From the NCBI RefSeq assembly GCF_964355755.1, contig NC_092680.1, positions 2,108,001 through 2,172,000 of the forward strand: a stretch of DNA of 64,000 bases, given 5' to 3'. The notes beneath the pieces were generated by a model. It did not search any database. It was not told the DNA's origin and saw only the letters and a list, made by a program, of their open reading frames with translations. The position numbers were made by a program, and so were the translations under genes. The DNA is from Antedon mediterranea. Its lineage: Eukaryota; Animalia; Echinodermata. Positions 22,106-36,000 of this stretch are shown in pieces; position 1 is the first letter of the stretch; each line of letters opens with the position of its first letter.

Positions 22106-25100
22106 ATGATTCATGTTACGGTCCCAAGCTTCAAACAAATTTCTGAGGAGGATGAAAAGCCGTATACAGTAAGTATAATGGTTAGACTAGCTAGGCCTAG
22201 TCTCTAGTTGACTGCCTGGCAGGGGACTGCGATTTGTTCAGTGTAACTGTGATTGACGATCATGCTTGAAACAGATAATAAAGTGGGCCTAGCTAGTCTA
22301 ACTAAATGTGTCACGATTTGATGAATCATATCCGTATTGTTCATATAGTTTGTTGCTGTCGTTTGTCTTTTCATAATAGTTTTAAACGTATATTAATTAT
22401 TATTATTAATTAATAATTATATTTAATTGTTTAGTAGATTTTAGAAAGAAATCATAGCCTAAAATTAAATATAATAATATTTAATAATAATTAATAGCCA
22501 TGCAATGCGTGAACAAAATATTTTCTCCCTGTTCTGTAGGTATATCAAATTAATGTACTAGTGGGTGGTAGAACACACTTTATTGAGAAACGGTATCGAG
22601 AGTTCCATGCACTTCATAAACAGGTAAAAGATCAATTATAAATGTATTATATTTATATATTTATTTTTTCAATTGTAAAAAATGAAGATTATAGTGTAAA
22701 CATAATTTAGTTTTTTATTTAATATTTTAAATTTTTTTAATTATTTATCATTAAATAGTATGACATTTTATCATATCTTCATCAATTATTGCCTCTTTTA
22801 AAAACACTGGGCAATAATTTGTGTTTTTTTATTATTTAGCTAAAGAAAACTATTGAAACACCAGAATTTCCACCAAAGAAAGTGCGACAGCTATCAAACA
22901 AGGGTCTAGAACAAAGAAGAACATTGTTAGAAGGTTATATACAGGTAATTCAATAGAAACAAGGGTCTAGAACAAAGAAGAACATTGTTAGAAGGTTATA
23001 TACAGGTAATTCAATAGAAACAAGGGTCTAGAACAAAGAAGAACATTGTTAGAAGGTACAGGTAATTCAATAGAAACAAGGGTCTAAAACAAAGAAGAAC
23101 ACTGTTAGAAGGTACAGGTAATTCAATAGAAACAAGGGTCTAGAACAAAGAAGAACATTGTTAGAAGGTACAGGTAATTCAATAGAAACAAGGGTCTAAA
23201 ACAAAGAAGAACATTGTTAGAAGGTACAGGTAATTCAATAGAAACAAGGGTCTAAAACAAAGAAGAACATTGTTAGAAGGTACAGGTAATTCAATAGAAA
23301 CAAGGGTCTAGAACAAAGAAGAACACTGTTAGAAGGTACAGGTAATTCAATAGAAACAAGGGTCTAGAACAAAGAAGAAGACTGTTAGAAGGTACAGGTA
23401 ATTCAATAGAAACAAGGGTCTAGAACAAAGAAGAACACTGTTAGAAGGTACAGGTAATTCAATAGAAACAAGGGTCTAGAACAAAGAAGAACATTGTTAG
23501 AAGGTACAGGTAATTCAATAGAAACAAGGGTCTAAAACAAAGAAGAACATTGTTAGAAGGTACAGGTAATTCAACAGAAACAAGGGTCTAGAACAAAGAA
23601 GAACACTGTTAGAAGGTACAGGTAATTCAATAGATACAAGGGTCTAGAACAAAGAAGAACACTGTTAGAAGGTACAGGTAATTCAATAGAAACAAGGGTC
23701 TAAAACAAAGAAGAACATTGTTAGAAGGTACAGGTAATTCAATAGAAACAAGGGTCTAGAACAAAGAAGAACACTGTTAGAAGGTACAGGTAATTCAATA
23801 GAAACAAGGGTCTAGAACAAAGAAGAACACTGTTAGAAGGTACAGGTAATTCAATAGATCAGCCTTCCGCAAACTTTTTATTTTGCGGCCTAAAATTCGG
23901 TACCAAACCGCGGCCCAAATACCCAACTGGACCGACGTAATAAAATAGTCTGCCTCAAATTTGCCGTCACAATAGATAATATGCTGACCCAGACTTTCTT
24001 AAATGTTCTTATACTCATAATTTATTAACTGATATTTAGAAAATAGAATGAAATTTAAATAACCATATGCAGTGCAAGGATGTAAGTGTAACGCAATTTG
24101 ACCAATCACAAGCAATGTATAATTCAACTCACTTGCATTGCGCTTACGTCCTTGTGTTACGTTCTAGTGGGAACCAAGCTTTACACAATAACCATGCTTT
24201 TATTCAACAAAATATAATTTAACCTTATTTATTATGCTGAAACTTTTTATTTTTTAAATGTTGTTGTTCATTTTATTTCAGGGTATTTTGGACAGAGATT
24301 TAGTCCCTAGGTCTTTACTAACATTTTTACGAGTCAAGAATTTTAAAACAGCGAGTTATGAGTAAGTTCATTTATTCTAGTTATTTTAGTTTTACATTTT
24401 AATAATTAAATTAGCCTCTACTGATAGTTCTGTAATCATTGTTAAAAAAGGTGTGAATTCTTCCAATTTTTTTTTTGATATGAAATAAAAAAAAACATCC
24501 AGACAATTGTTTGTTTTCACTGAATGCAAAAAAGGCTTGGCATAACCATTGCTTAATATAAACACAGTGATGCCTAAACTTAATTAATAGGACCCTTTAG
24601 GCAAAAATATTTTCCTAGCTCCCTGTATTGTTTGGCCAAGTTTTTAAATGTCTCCTCATATTTCCTCTGTATTACTTACTATACTGATAATTTTTCAGCA
24701 TTTTTTTCATGAAAAATATTCTAATATTATTTAAAATATGCTTACTTTTTTGCAGCGCTGCTCCTAGGATGGTTTGGTAAGGACCTGTGTAGTAATTTAA
24801 TGTTTAGATTTGCGTTCTGTTTGTGTTTAGCTATGATTGTTGTGCTTTCAAACAACAAATTATGTTGGGGCTTAACTTTTGTTGCTAATATGATTTAAAG
24901 TCAGACTTATGATGAAAAACATTGTCACAATTGGCATCCCACACAATCAATTGGGACTACTTTACCGTTAATTTTCTGAGTTTATAATCAGCTTGCGTTA
25001 ATTACGATTTACTAATCAAATGAAAAAGGTACTTTTATTTGAACGCAGAGATTCTACAATTTACTGTTCAAATAAAAAAATATTTCTGTTGAGCTCAAAG

Positions 25101-28100
25101 GTTTCGAAATTTGATTAAAAAGCCATAAAAAATAACCAAACAAAAAGAAAAAGAAAAAATGTCTATTGCTATAACATTTTCTGGAGTCTGATTGTAATTC
25201 ATTTTAAGTTTTTTTTTATTGTTTTAGTTAAAAATATATTCACACCTTCGTACCAGCACTTTAGATGGATGCTCACTTGGCAACTCTTCACAAATAGATT
25301 TAGTCATGTTCACATGCATAAGAGTTAAGAGTATTTAAGGTACATCCAATGTAACTTTAACTCCAATGGGTTTTAGAACAACTCTGAGAATAACTTCAAG
25401 TTTGCCTTATTTGTTTTGTTAGAGAAAAGAGTGTTTAAACATAGCTTATAATATTATATAGCTCTGTTCCACAACATCTATATTTAGTCCACGACCCTGA
25501 TTCTTGTTCACACATGTTATTAGTATATGTATTATCTTGTCATAGAATACCTGAATGGCACTGCATGTAAAGCTCTGTCCACACTATCAAACTATATGTG
25601 ACCAACAAATTTGATTTGATTGTCATATTACTACCATATTTGGGCACCTCACACTTTTTTGTCAAACTATTTTTATAGTGTAGACAGAGCTTAAAAGAGA
25701 GTGTACGATATAGTTGCACATAGAAAATAATCACTGAGTAGTTGAAATATTTTTTCAGGCTAACAACTGGGTATAAATGTTATTTCTGTTATAAGAAATG
25801 CATTTAATTTTAAGTAAAGTGCATGCTTACTGGGTCTGTTTAATTTTTGATTGGACGTGCAAATAAAGACATAGAATTTAACCATTACCTGTAGATATGG
25901 CACTAATCATTGGGATGTAATTTAATCTAATTTCTAATATTGATTATATATAATTTTGTTTTTTAACTTACCATTTTTTTTTAAATTTTTACTTTTTATA
26001 GAAAAGTTTAGAAAAAATTTGTTTTGGTCACTTACTGAATTGCATTCATTCTCTAAATACAAAACCTATATATATTATTATTACTAAATTATGTAATTAT
26101 AAGTAATTTCTATAACTGCATGTTCTTTCTATGTTTTCAGATGTTTACTGTAAAATTTACATTTTGTAATGTTTTGTATTGTTTTTGTTGAATATTTTCT
26201 CTAAATTATCCAAACTTCAGTAAAAATTGTTAAAAATACTGTATAGAAAAAATAATATAGAAAAGCAAATTTCTATTTACCAAACAAATCCTATCACTGA
26301 AATTGTTCAAATGCTTTCTTTGTCCACTACAGCAGTGTTGAATAAAAGAATTAAAACTCAACACATAATTTCTAATACTTATAAGTTATAGTCCTCATTC
26401 TTAGTTAATGGCACTTTATAGTGTTGCTGCAGACACAGGATTTGAACCTATGAACATGGGTTTGTTGACCCAAAACCAAAGAACCTTCTAAATTGTGGGA
26501 TGATGTGTTTTATTGGTTCAGGAAATTAGACATCACTATTAGATTAAATTATATAGACATATGTTTTGGTATTTTTGAATATAAATAATATTCAACTTTT
26601 GTTAATATGATTTTACTTCTGCTAAGAGATATATATATAAATGCAAGATTAATGAAATTCCTCTTAACTTCATTCACTTTAAAAGATGGGTACTCTTTAC
26701 AGAAACTGTGGAGAATAATATCGCAAAAAAATAAAAATAAGTATAATGTCCATATTAAAAAATGGGAACCATTATTAGAAAGAGATAACGACAATTGAAT
26801 GAAATACACCCACAAGCAACTGAAATAATTCATTGTAACGCCTTAGTAAATTTGACAATTTATTTCTCTTAAATTGTTTTGGTGAATTATGGATATGGGG
26901 GAAAGGATTTGACTTTGTAAACCAAATCAAGGTATAGGAGTTGATAATGGTTTAATCAAATATAATAATGTGACGTCCTCACACGTCTTTGATTTTCTTT
27001 CTTCTTCTTTTCTGATCTTTTTAATGTTGATTGGAGTTTAATTTATAGGATGCCTTACGAATGTACTCTTGACACTAAAACACAGTACCTGCAATTCAGA
27101 TTTATACATATAATTCTTCCCACAAATAAGTTACTGCACAACATTGGCCTGCTTCAAGATGATAAATATTCTATTTGCAGTAAGAAAAAAGAAACAGTAG
27201 AACATCTAATGTGGTCTTGCGAGAAAAATTCTAAATTGTGGGACGATGTGTTTTATTGGTTCAGGAAATTAGACATCCCTTTTAAAATAAATTACATAGA
27301 CATATGCTTTGGTATTTTTGAATACAAATTTACAATTTTTATTAACATGTTTTTTACTTCCTGCTAAGAGATATATATATAAATGCAAGATTCATAAAAG
27401 TCCTCTTAACTTCAATCACGTTAAGGACTGGGTACTTTTTACAGAAACTGTGGAGAATAATATTGCAAAAAATAGAAATAAGTATAATATCCATATCAAA
27501 AAATGTATTGTAAACCAAATCAAGGAATAAGAGTTGAAAATGCAAAACTTGGTAATCATTATTGACAAGATGTTATTATAGCCTGGTTTAACCTAAGAAA
27601 TGATTATGATGAGGTATTTGTGGTATATCAAACATTGAAAGAGATAATTAAAAAAGAGAATGACGATTGAGATAATGTGACGTCCTCAAACGTCTTTGGT
27701 TTTCCTTTTTGTTTCGTTCTGTTAAGTGTAATGTTTTTGATAAAAGGAAAAAAAATAAAAGTTTTTGAAAAAAAACCAAAAAAAACCAAAGAACCATTTT
27801 GATCTTTAGAAATCAAAATGCCTACCACATATTCTGTTAAAGGTAAATTTGTTTAAAAATACTATTTTCGTGATAGCAATAAAACCTCATTACATTTCCT
27901 TTATTGTCTTTTTATTTTTCAGTTCTCTAGATGACATCGACCAGGAACCAATGTGAGTATTATACAAAAAGATTTTTAATCAATTTTTTTGATGACCTTA
28001 AAAACTGACCAAAAATATTTTATATGATAAGAAAAGTAATTCTTATTTTTCAATATTATATTTTAAGCCTTTTTAAAATAGAATATTCATATGTATGTTT

Positions 28101-28542
28101 TATAATATTAGTATTAGTATCATTTTTATTTTTGTCTGTCCATCCTATAAGTCTGTTGGCTTGGAAAATAAATAAATAAAATAATATTTTAATTGGCAAT
28201 ATCACTAAAGCTTTGTCTACACTATCAAACTTTATGTGACAAACAAAATGTGATGTGCCCATATATGGACATGATGATGTCATATCACCACTATATTTGG
28301 GCATATCACTACCATTATTGTGGTACATCATAGTGTAGACAGAGCCTAAGAGTTCCCAAATACTAAAAACATATTCATGGACAAGATATTCTTATATTTG
28401 TAGATCTACTCATCAGCCTACTATGGTGTTTGAGACGGACCCGTTCCTAAGCTTAGTGATGGAAGCTGAACTACATGATTCTGTAGTAGAAGGTGTCAGA
28501 CAGGGTCTATATGAAGACGACTTTAATCTACCCCTAACTTGA
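22106..28542 (+). CDS. SNX24: Sorting nexin 24/22 (PX domain); exons 22106-22168, 22540-22623, 22840-22944, 24282-24361, [24756-24776], 27923-27952, 28404-28542
   Basis: Not in the ORF track; spliced by eye: MIHVTVPSF..IEKRYREFHALHKQLKK..PEFPPKKVR..LEQRRTLLEGYIQ..STHQPTMVFETDPF..VVEGVRQGLY; all junctions GT-AG and in frame. Confidence 0.93.
22896..23857 (+). repeat. Tandem array of 17 units (2x61 bp + 15x56 bp) copied from the SNX24 exon 3 end plus splice donor
   Basis: Unit AAACAAGGGTCTAGAACAAAGAAGAACA(T/C)TGTTAGAAGG(TTATA)TACAGGTAATTCAATAG. Confidence 0.97.
25571..25691. mobile_element. MITE family A copy
   Basis: TIRs, TAA TSD. Confidence 0.85.
26486..27781 (+). mobile_element. 5'-truncated L1/Tx1-like LINE 3' end, present as two diverged tandem copies
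   Basis: Frameshifted zf-RVT-like peptide LQFRFIHIILPTNKLL...SICSKKKETVEHLMWSC; A-rich tail; AAAACCAAAGAACC direct repeat at 26472-26485 and 27782-27795. Confidence 0.8.
28209..28346. mobile_element. MITE family A copy
   Basis: TIRs, TAA TSD. Confidence 0.85.
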
Positions 28543-30041
28543 GGCACTTCCTCAAGGATATTCTATTTAATCTTGCCAGCCTGACTATTCAAGACGTCCT
28601 GTACCTCTCGTAGCATTACAAAACTTTTCACAAACAATCAACTCTCCCAACGCGAATATACTTTGGTTATACAAGAAACTATATTTGTATTCGTAAAAAA
28701 ACTAAGAAATGTCGGTTTTCAGCAATACAATTAAAAGATAGATATACCAATATGTCTGGTTTTCTAAAAATTCTGGAATAATTGTGGACCTTTTAAACCA
28801 TAAGATATTCAGAGAGTCCAGTATTAGGAGAGCTGACTGTGCCCAAGGTAGTACTGTAGTCAAACAATAAACCTGGTAACTGGGGCCAACATGTCACTGT
28901 ACAATTGGCCCACAGAGGACAAGAAGTAGATGAATCGTGGTATCTTGATCCTGGTGCTAATATTTGCGGATTGAAAAGTATTCATAATCAAAATTTATTT
29001 ATTTGTGTGCGATCTTTTACGATATTCAGAAATACTTATGTAGTATAGTATTTTAATTAATGTTTATAAATTATAGATTAAATATTGTCATATGCATTAA
29101 GGTTGACAGTGGTAACAAACTTGTTGACGCTGTCTATTTATCTATCAAGCTATTAGCAATACTCATACTTCTGGAGATAACCAATGCAGTCATAGGTTTA
29201 TTTTCGTCTCAGAAAATTTTTTACTAGTATAGTGAATTTTACACTAGCAAATTTTACTTTTAACTGAATATAAAACTCGCTTTTGTGTTCAGATGCAAAA
29301 GATAGGAAAATCAGAACATACAGTACAAAATAGTGCACACTTTAATGTAGTAAGATTTGTATTCAACTTTAATATTTATGTCAAATAAATGTTTTCTTCA
29401 AAAAAAAAGTTTGTTTCTTTTATCTATTTATTTTAAAAAAACAGCGCTTTTGTAATAAAACCATTGTTAATAAAACCATTAAGGTATTTTACTATTTTTT
29501 ATAAAACCAATAAGGTTACAGATATAAAAGCTAAGTTTAAAATACAGTACCAATTATATAGATTGTTATATCGTTTTGAAGGTTTGCATGGCGAAATCAA
29601 ATTCTCACTCCTGAGGACGATCAAAGCATGATCAAGCAATATTTCAGAACTAATATGTGGTGTACAAACTTTATATCAACATTGATTGTTATACTTAATG
29701 GCATAATATAAAGCCTCTATAGTCTTAGACAATCAAACTATAGGCACATCACATTTTTTTAACAAATTAAAAGTTTGAGTGTATAGCTTACCAAACATAG
29801 AAGACAATGCATAGCTCAGTAAAATTACCATTCACAATTTAATAGCAATTCCATATTTTTAGCTTCATAATTCTGCTTTCACTATTAAAGAAGCACCTTT
29901 AGTAGACTTCATAAATAAAATTGTAAAATATTGTATTACCATATTTATTTGAATAAATAAGGTACAGTAGTAGATAAATGGCAAGCTAATTTAATAAGAA
30001 CTTAAGAATATTAAAATGTTGAGAGTGTACAACAGGTTAAT

Positions 30042-33000
30042 TTACTTTACTGGTCTTGACCATACTGTCTGGAAGTCTTTGAGTAGTGAGCTGAAAGAAG
30101 AAAATTAAAGCAGATATTATAAAGTAAGAACCATTAAGCTGTCTACACTTTCAAACTAGTGTGATGTGCCTAAATATGGTAGTGTTATGCCCAAATATGG
30201 TAGTGATATGACATCATTATGTCCATATATGGGCACATCACATTTTGTTCACAAAGTTTGATAGTGTAAACAGAGCTTTAAATTTTAACGTATCAAAGTT
30301 CGGTTATATTTAGTTAGGACGCGTGGTGACCTTTGTACAAATTAAATACTAACCTTTTCTTATCCATTGCTGTTTTCATTTCATTTGATTTAACCAATGC
30401 TTTCTTTATTAATTTATGCGGAATGTCTGCTAGCCTGGCAACATTCAAACCATAGCTATTACCTGCTGACCCTTTGGTTAATTGATACAAAAATGTGACT
30501 GTTTCATTGCCAGACGAATGGTCATCTGTTGAATATAATCATAATAACTAAGTTTGTAAAATGACTGTCATAGCTCAGTTTATTCAGGTTAGACTTATTT
30601 TATTTAAACTCAGTAAAATCAGTAATTTGCAGAAACATTTCCAACTGGTTTGCAGAATTGAACAATATTAAAAAGTTTACTCCAAATTTTTGCAAATTGT
30701 AATGCGAAAGATAGGACACGAATTTCAGTTCAGCACCTAAAATTTGCCATTTTTAGGCCCTGGATCCGCTACTGTGCACCTAAATTATGAATATAAATTG
30801 TACATATAAATGTACCTTGTTCATTACTAATAAGGAATGACATGTGATAATTTGCAGCTACTCCTGAATGAAGCGCCTCCAACTCAGCTATCGATGCGTA
30901 ATGTGTCACAAACAACGTTAAACATTTCACCTACATTGCAAACAAAATTGTTGTAAAAGAAGATTAAATGTTGTTCAGTAAATATTAAATTACAATGTGA
31001 TTAAGTTAAATTGCAATTTAAAATTTAAAAGGAAAAAATATCTTTGAAAATATAAATCATAATTGTTTACAATAAAGCTTGGTTCCAACTAGCGACGCAA
31101 TGCAAGGACATACTGTAACGCAACGCAAGTGATTTGAACAATTACAAGCGATGGATTATTCAAACAGTGGCTTGTCATTGGTCAACTCGCTTGCATTGCA
31201 TGTACGTACTTGCGTTGTGTCTCTAGTGGGAACCTCACTTAAGGGAAATAGCAAGTCAACATATCTATGATTGTATTGGGTATAAAATCATATCAAACCA
31301 ATGGGGCAATAATTTTAATGATTACACACAAATTCTAGTACCGTCATCACGATTCATCATCCTATTTTAGCTTGTTTTATTGTATTTACCTCGGATATTA
31401 AATGCTGTGCCGTAGCAAATGCAATAGCGACACCATCGTTGGTGCTTGTGCCACGCCCAAGCTCATCCATGATTACAAGGGATCGTGGGGTAGCATGAGC
31501 AAGGATGTTGGACGCTTCCTGTAACTCAACCATAAAGGTTGACCTCCGACTGCAAATGTCATCGGATGCACCCATCCTGTACATTGAATTATCAATAAAA
31601 ATTCAATATTATATTGTATGCTGGAACTTCTGACTTGTGTGTTTAGAAGCCCCATACTTTAGACTCTGTCTGCACTATCAAACTAGATTGACAAACAAAC
31701 TGTGACATCATCATGTCCATGTACGGGCACACCACATTTTGTTTGTAAGAAAAGTTTGATAGTGTTGACAGACATTTATACAAGATAAGATATAAGATAT
31801 TCTATTTTCAATGTTGGAAGTGTACAAAAGTAAAATTTGTAATAATTTTATTGTACTTACTTCATTTTTCCATTAAAAAAATTGTTTAAAAAATATTATT
31901 TTTGTACCAAAAATTAGTTTGCATTACAAACGTCTTGCCTACCTTGTATGAATTGCATCAATTGTGGACATTTTGACTTTCTCTGCTGGAACATAAGAGC
32001 CAATCTGGGCCATGATAGCAATCAGTGCTACTTGGCGTATGTATGAACTTTTACCTCCCATGTTAGGCCCGGTTATTAGCATACAGCGTTTAGCATCAGC
32101 CTGAAAAGTGAATATATCTTGTTTTAAGTCTGTATAATTATATTTCTTAGCCTAATGCGTAAATGATAAAAATGAGAAAAAATACCCAACATTTGTCTAC
32201 ACTATCAAACTAGTTTTGCAAAAAAAGTGTGATGTGCCCAAATATGGTGGTGATATGCCGAAATATGGTAGTGATATGACATCATCATTTCCCTGTCACA
32301 TAGTTTGATAAAGTAGACAGAGCTTTACATTCCTTTTCTTGACAGTTTAAACACCAAACAATTTCACTAAATGTGAATAGAAAAACGTTTTCCCCATTCA
32401 TAACCCGCCTGATTGTAAACCTTACCTCCAACAATGTGTCATTAGGCACATACTGTTCTTCTTGGTCCAGCAAAGTACTGACTACTGGGTGACGTCCTTC
32501 CTTGATTTCAATGTATGCAGGACCGTCTATTATTTCAGGCCTAAAAATAAAAGTAATTTCAATTAAACATTTTTATCAACCATCTGAGTTAGTGCTCTAT
32601 TCCAATCTTGGTTTTCATTCAGAAATAAAAATATAACTTTTAATGTTGATATATATATAATTTTGAAAGCCACTTCAAATGTCCAACCTGCAATATTCAT
32701 CATTTCTTGAAATTTTTGCCAATGATAACAAACAATCTAATGTTGCTAGGTGTTGTACTGCTTTTTGATAGGAAAAATAATTCTCACAAAATTCACTGAA
32801 AAAGAAAACAAAAATCATGTTTGAAAATGATTTAGAAATTGTTGGTGGACAAAAGACAACAAAACAAATTGTTAGGATACAGTAGACACAGTCATGAAGT
32901 CACTAGGACATTAGGATTGGAAGGCCACATCAATATTTTTTTATTCCAATCTTACACATTGAAAACTTACTCCAGAAACTCAATCCAAGCATTGCCACAT

Positions 33001-36000
33001 TCTGCTTCCAATGTTTCTCTTAGTTGGCATAGTAACTTATGTTTTTCAACAACAAATGGAGTACGAAATCTTGAAACTGCTTTCGTGCTGACAAAATAGA
33101 ATAGACAATTAATTAATTAAAAAAAAAAACCATATTAAAAAGATAATGCAATATGTAAAGTTTAGAAAAAGTGCTCAGACAAAAACAAACAGAAGACAGT
33201 TTAGCAAAAATCTAAAGAAAAGGTTAGGTTATGTAAACATTAAAATGCGTTCATATTTAAATTTATGTAAATTATTTCTGTTCACCTGCTTATTTTCTCC
33301 CAATCTCTTGGAATTGTCATCAGTTTATTATTTCGAATCTCAATCAGAAACTAAAAGATAAATAAAACATTTCATTAGATAACATTATCTTTTAAACTAA
33401 ACTATTATATTGTCACCTTTGAAAAAATAGAACAAATGTTAAAAAATGAATAAAATAAAAAAATAAATAAATAAATAAAATAAAAAAAATAAATAAATAA
33501 ATAAAAAAAATTGTCATAAATGGGCTGTCACACTCACAGCGCTCTGATCTTTACGTAATAGTATATATAAATGTCGCATTATATTATATTTATCAGTATC
33601 ACAATACATAGATATAAATTTAACCTTTAACCTTTAACCTTACTTCATTTCCAGACACAGTCACATAGTCTGCTGAAGGATTGTCAAGTTCTTCACGGAT
33701 TTCTCTGCGATGTTTTTTCAAATCTTTGTAAACCTGATCCATGTCATTTTCACATTGCTTCACCTCTTCAAATTTGGACGTGTCCACAAATAAAGTAGTC
33801 TTATTACTGTCTCTGTTATAAAATATAAGTAAAAGAAACTTAAGACTTTTTGTGATACTGTAATTGTTTAACTAAAAGTAGTTTTGTTTTTTGTCACACG
33901 TTTTGAGCTACTCTGACGCAATACTGTATACTCAGTACATTGAGAACGACTTTCAAAACCCACGACCTCCTTTAGTTCCAATTACCTGAGCTCCCTGACA
34001 CGAAGCTGGTTGGTGCTTCCTATGGCGTGAATCTAACCTTCCATCAGCAAAAGCTTAGTAGTCTAATGGTATAAATGCCAGGGATTCAAATTCAATTTTA
34101 CAACTACACAAAGTTCAAAAAGTCTTACTTGGCCGATTTCTCGTGAAGTGCATTTAAAAATTCATCAATATTTTCTAGTAGTTTTGGTAACTCTGTGACG
34201 ATCCTTCTCAGTAGATCAGACTTTAAAGACAAGGTTTCCCGCTCATTTGTATTTGTCAAGGTATGTAAACTTTGACCTATACCACTTAAGGATTTCACAA
34301 TATTGTAGAATTCTGATGTAGAACACTAAAATAAATATTATATAAAATATTATTATTATTATATTATATAAAATTTATACGTGGTGTACCGCAAACTTTA
34401 TATCAACATTTGATTTCGCCATGCAAACCTTCAAACAATATAGAATATATAACTAGTATATGGTAAAATCCATATTAAAGCCCCCTTCCCTACGTTTTTT
34501 AGATCTAATTTAAGATCACAAACTATATTTAATGTAAAAATAATACTATATGGTCCTATTGCGATAACTTTTTTCATCTTTAAACGGTTAAAAATGTGAA
34601 AAATAAGTCGATTCTAATAATTATAGCGGCCCGCTATAAATCCCAAAATGCATTGCGCGCGGATTGATATTTTTGTTTTTCACCTGTAATTCACCCACTT
34701 TTCGCTCGATCGTGAGGTCAAAACAAATGGAAGACTCCTAACTTTTCAGCGAAAATACCGGGTTTTCCCCAATTTGTATCAACGGAGTCTGGCAAAAATA
34801 GAAAGACAATTAATGCAGCAACTATACAACGTCAGGCTAGGTATATAGCTAGCGTATGATGTTCGTACGTTACCGATGTTTACCAGCTAGGCCTACAAAA
34901 CTAAGCCTAGCTAGGCTAGGCCTAAGACCGTCCACGAGAGGTCGATCGCCGCGAGCTACTTAGGTAGTGCATTGTTTCTCACTTTTTATCATAATTTACC
35001 ATAAAACGTACATTTAAGACAAGGAATGACATGGTTTAATGTTTTTAAAGTGATATATATGTATTATTTTCCAAAAAACGTCCAAAATTGCAGGGAAGGG
35101 GTCTTTAACTTTTGACCCCAACACAGTGTTCCTTTTATATGGATGCCTACTGAATAGAGGTTGGCTACATTGTTAAAACATATATTGCCTCTTGTTTGTG
35201 CCATGGGAAAGTGTCTCTTTGGTAGAGTATTTCATTCAAAAAATATACTCAGGACCACTCTATTAGTCACCACGGATAGACTTTCTTCAGTGCTTCTATG
35301 AATGGATGACTTTTGGGAGTAGGAACGCTAGTAGGCCAAACCTAGTACCGTTTTTATTTCAATCATTCAGGAATTTTCCTTTCGACATGATGAGTAAACG
35401 CAAAAAATGCCTTCAGTAGTATCGAGTTTGCTGGTCCCAAATTATAATTTTACTGAACACCACATGCTGAACAAGGAATTTACCTTTTTGTGGTAAACGG
35501 AACAAAGGCCCTTTTCAAGATCAGGTGTTTTAGTAAGAATACCAGTCACTGCCGTTGCTACTGGAGAGTCAAAGTCAATCAGTTCTGAGATTGCATCCTG
35601 TCTATCTATTATAGATCTGTATAAAAAAACGATAAATTATACAATTTGTGGACTGAATTTATATTATACTGTATATTTACTCTAAACTCTATCCGTCCAG
35701 TGATACACTGGACATTAATTTATAAATGTTGAAAATGAAGAAATCTCACATCTTTCAAAACCGGAATCTTTTGCTACCATTAAACCATGGTATTGTCCAA
35801 TTAGTTATATTAGCCATATGGGCCACGTTGTTAGAGGTTTAATATCGCAAAAAATAAAATGAAGAATCCCTACTGTATGTTTGTAAGTGGATTTGATACC
35901 CACTTCTTGAGTAGACGAGCTCCAAAGAGGGTTGATGTGTGATCCAACACCCAAATTAAGCTCCCTTTTCTACTGTTATCTTTCTGCAGGAATTATAAAA

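Noticed and set aside
22945-22956. 12-nt GT...AG micro-introns making the array coding
   Set aside because: Far below the minimal spliceosomal intron size, no pyrimidine tract, and the resulting 49/44-nt exons shift the frame
22896-23857. CRISPR-like array
   Set aside because: Units are head-to-tail with no unique spacers, derive from the host exon, and no cas genes are present; the context is eukaryotic
29540-29690. Sequence shared with 34380-34470 in partly inverted arrangement
   Set aside because: Short decayed repeat fragments; boundaries and TSD cannot be defined
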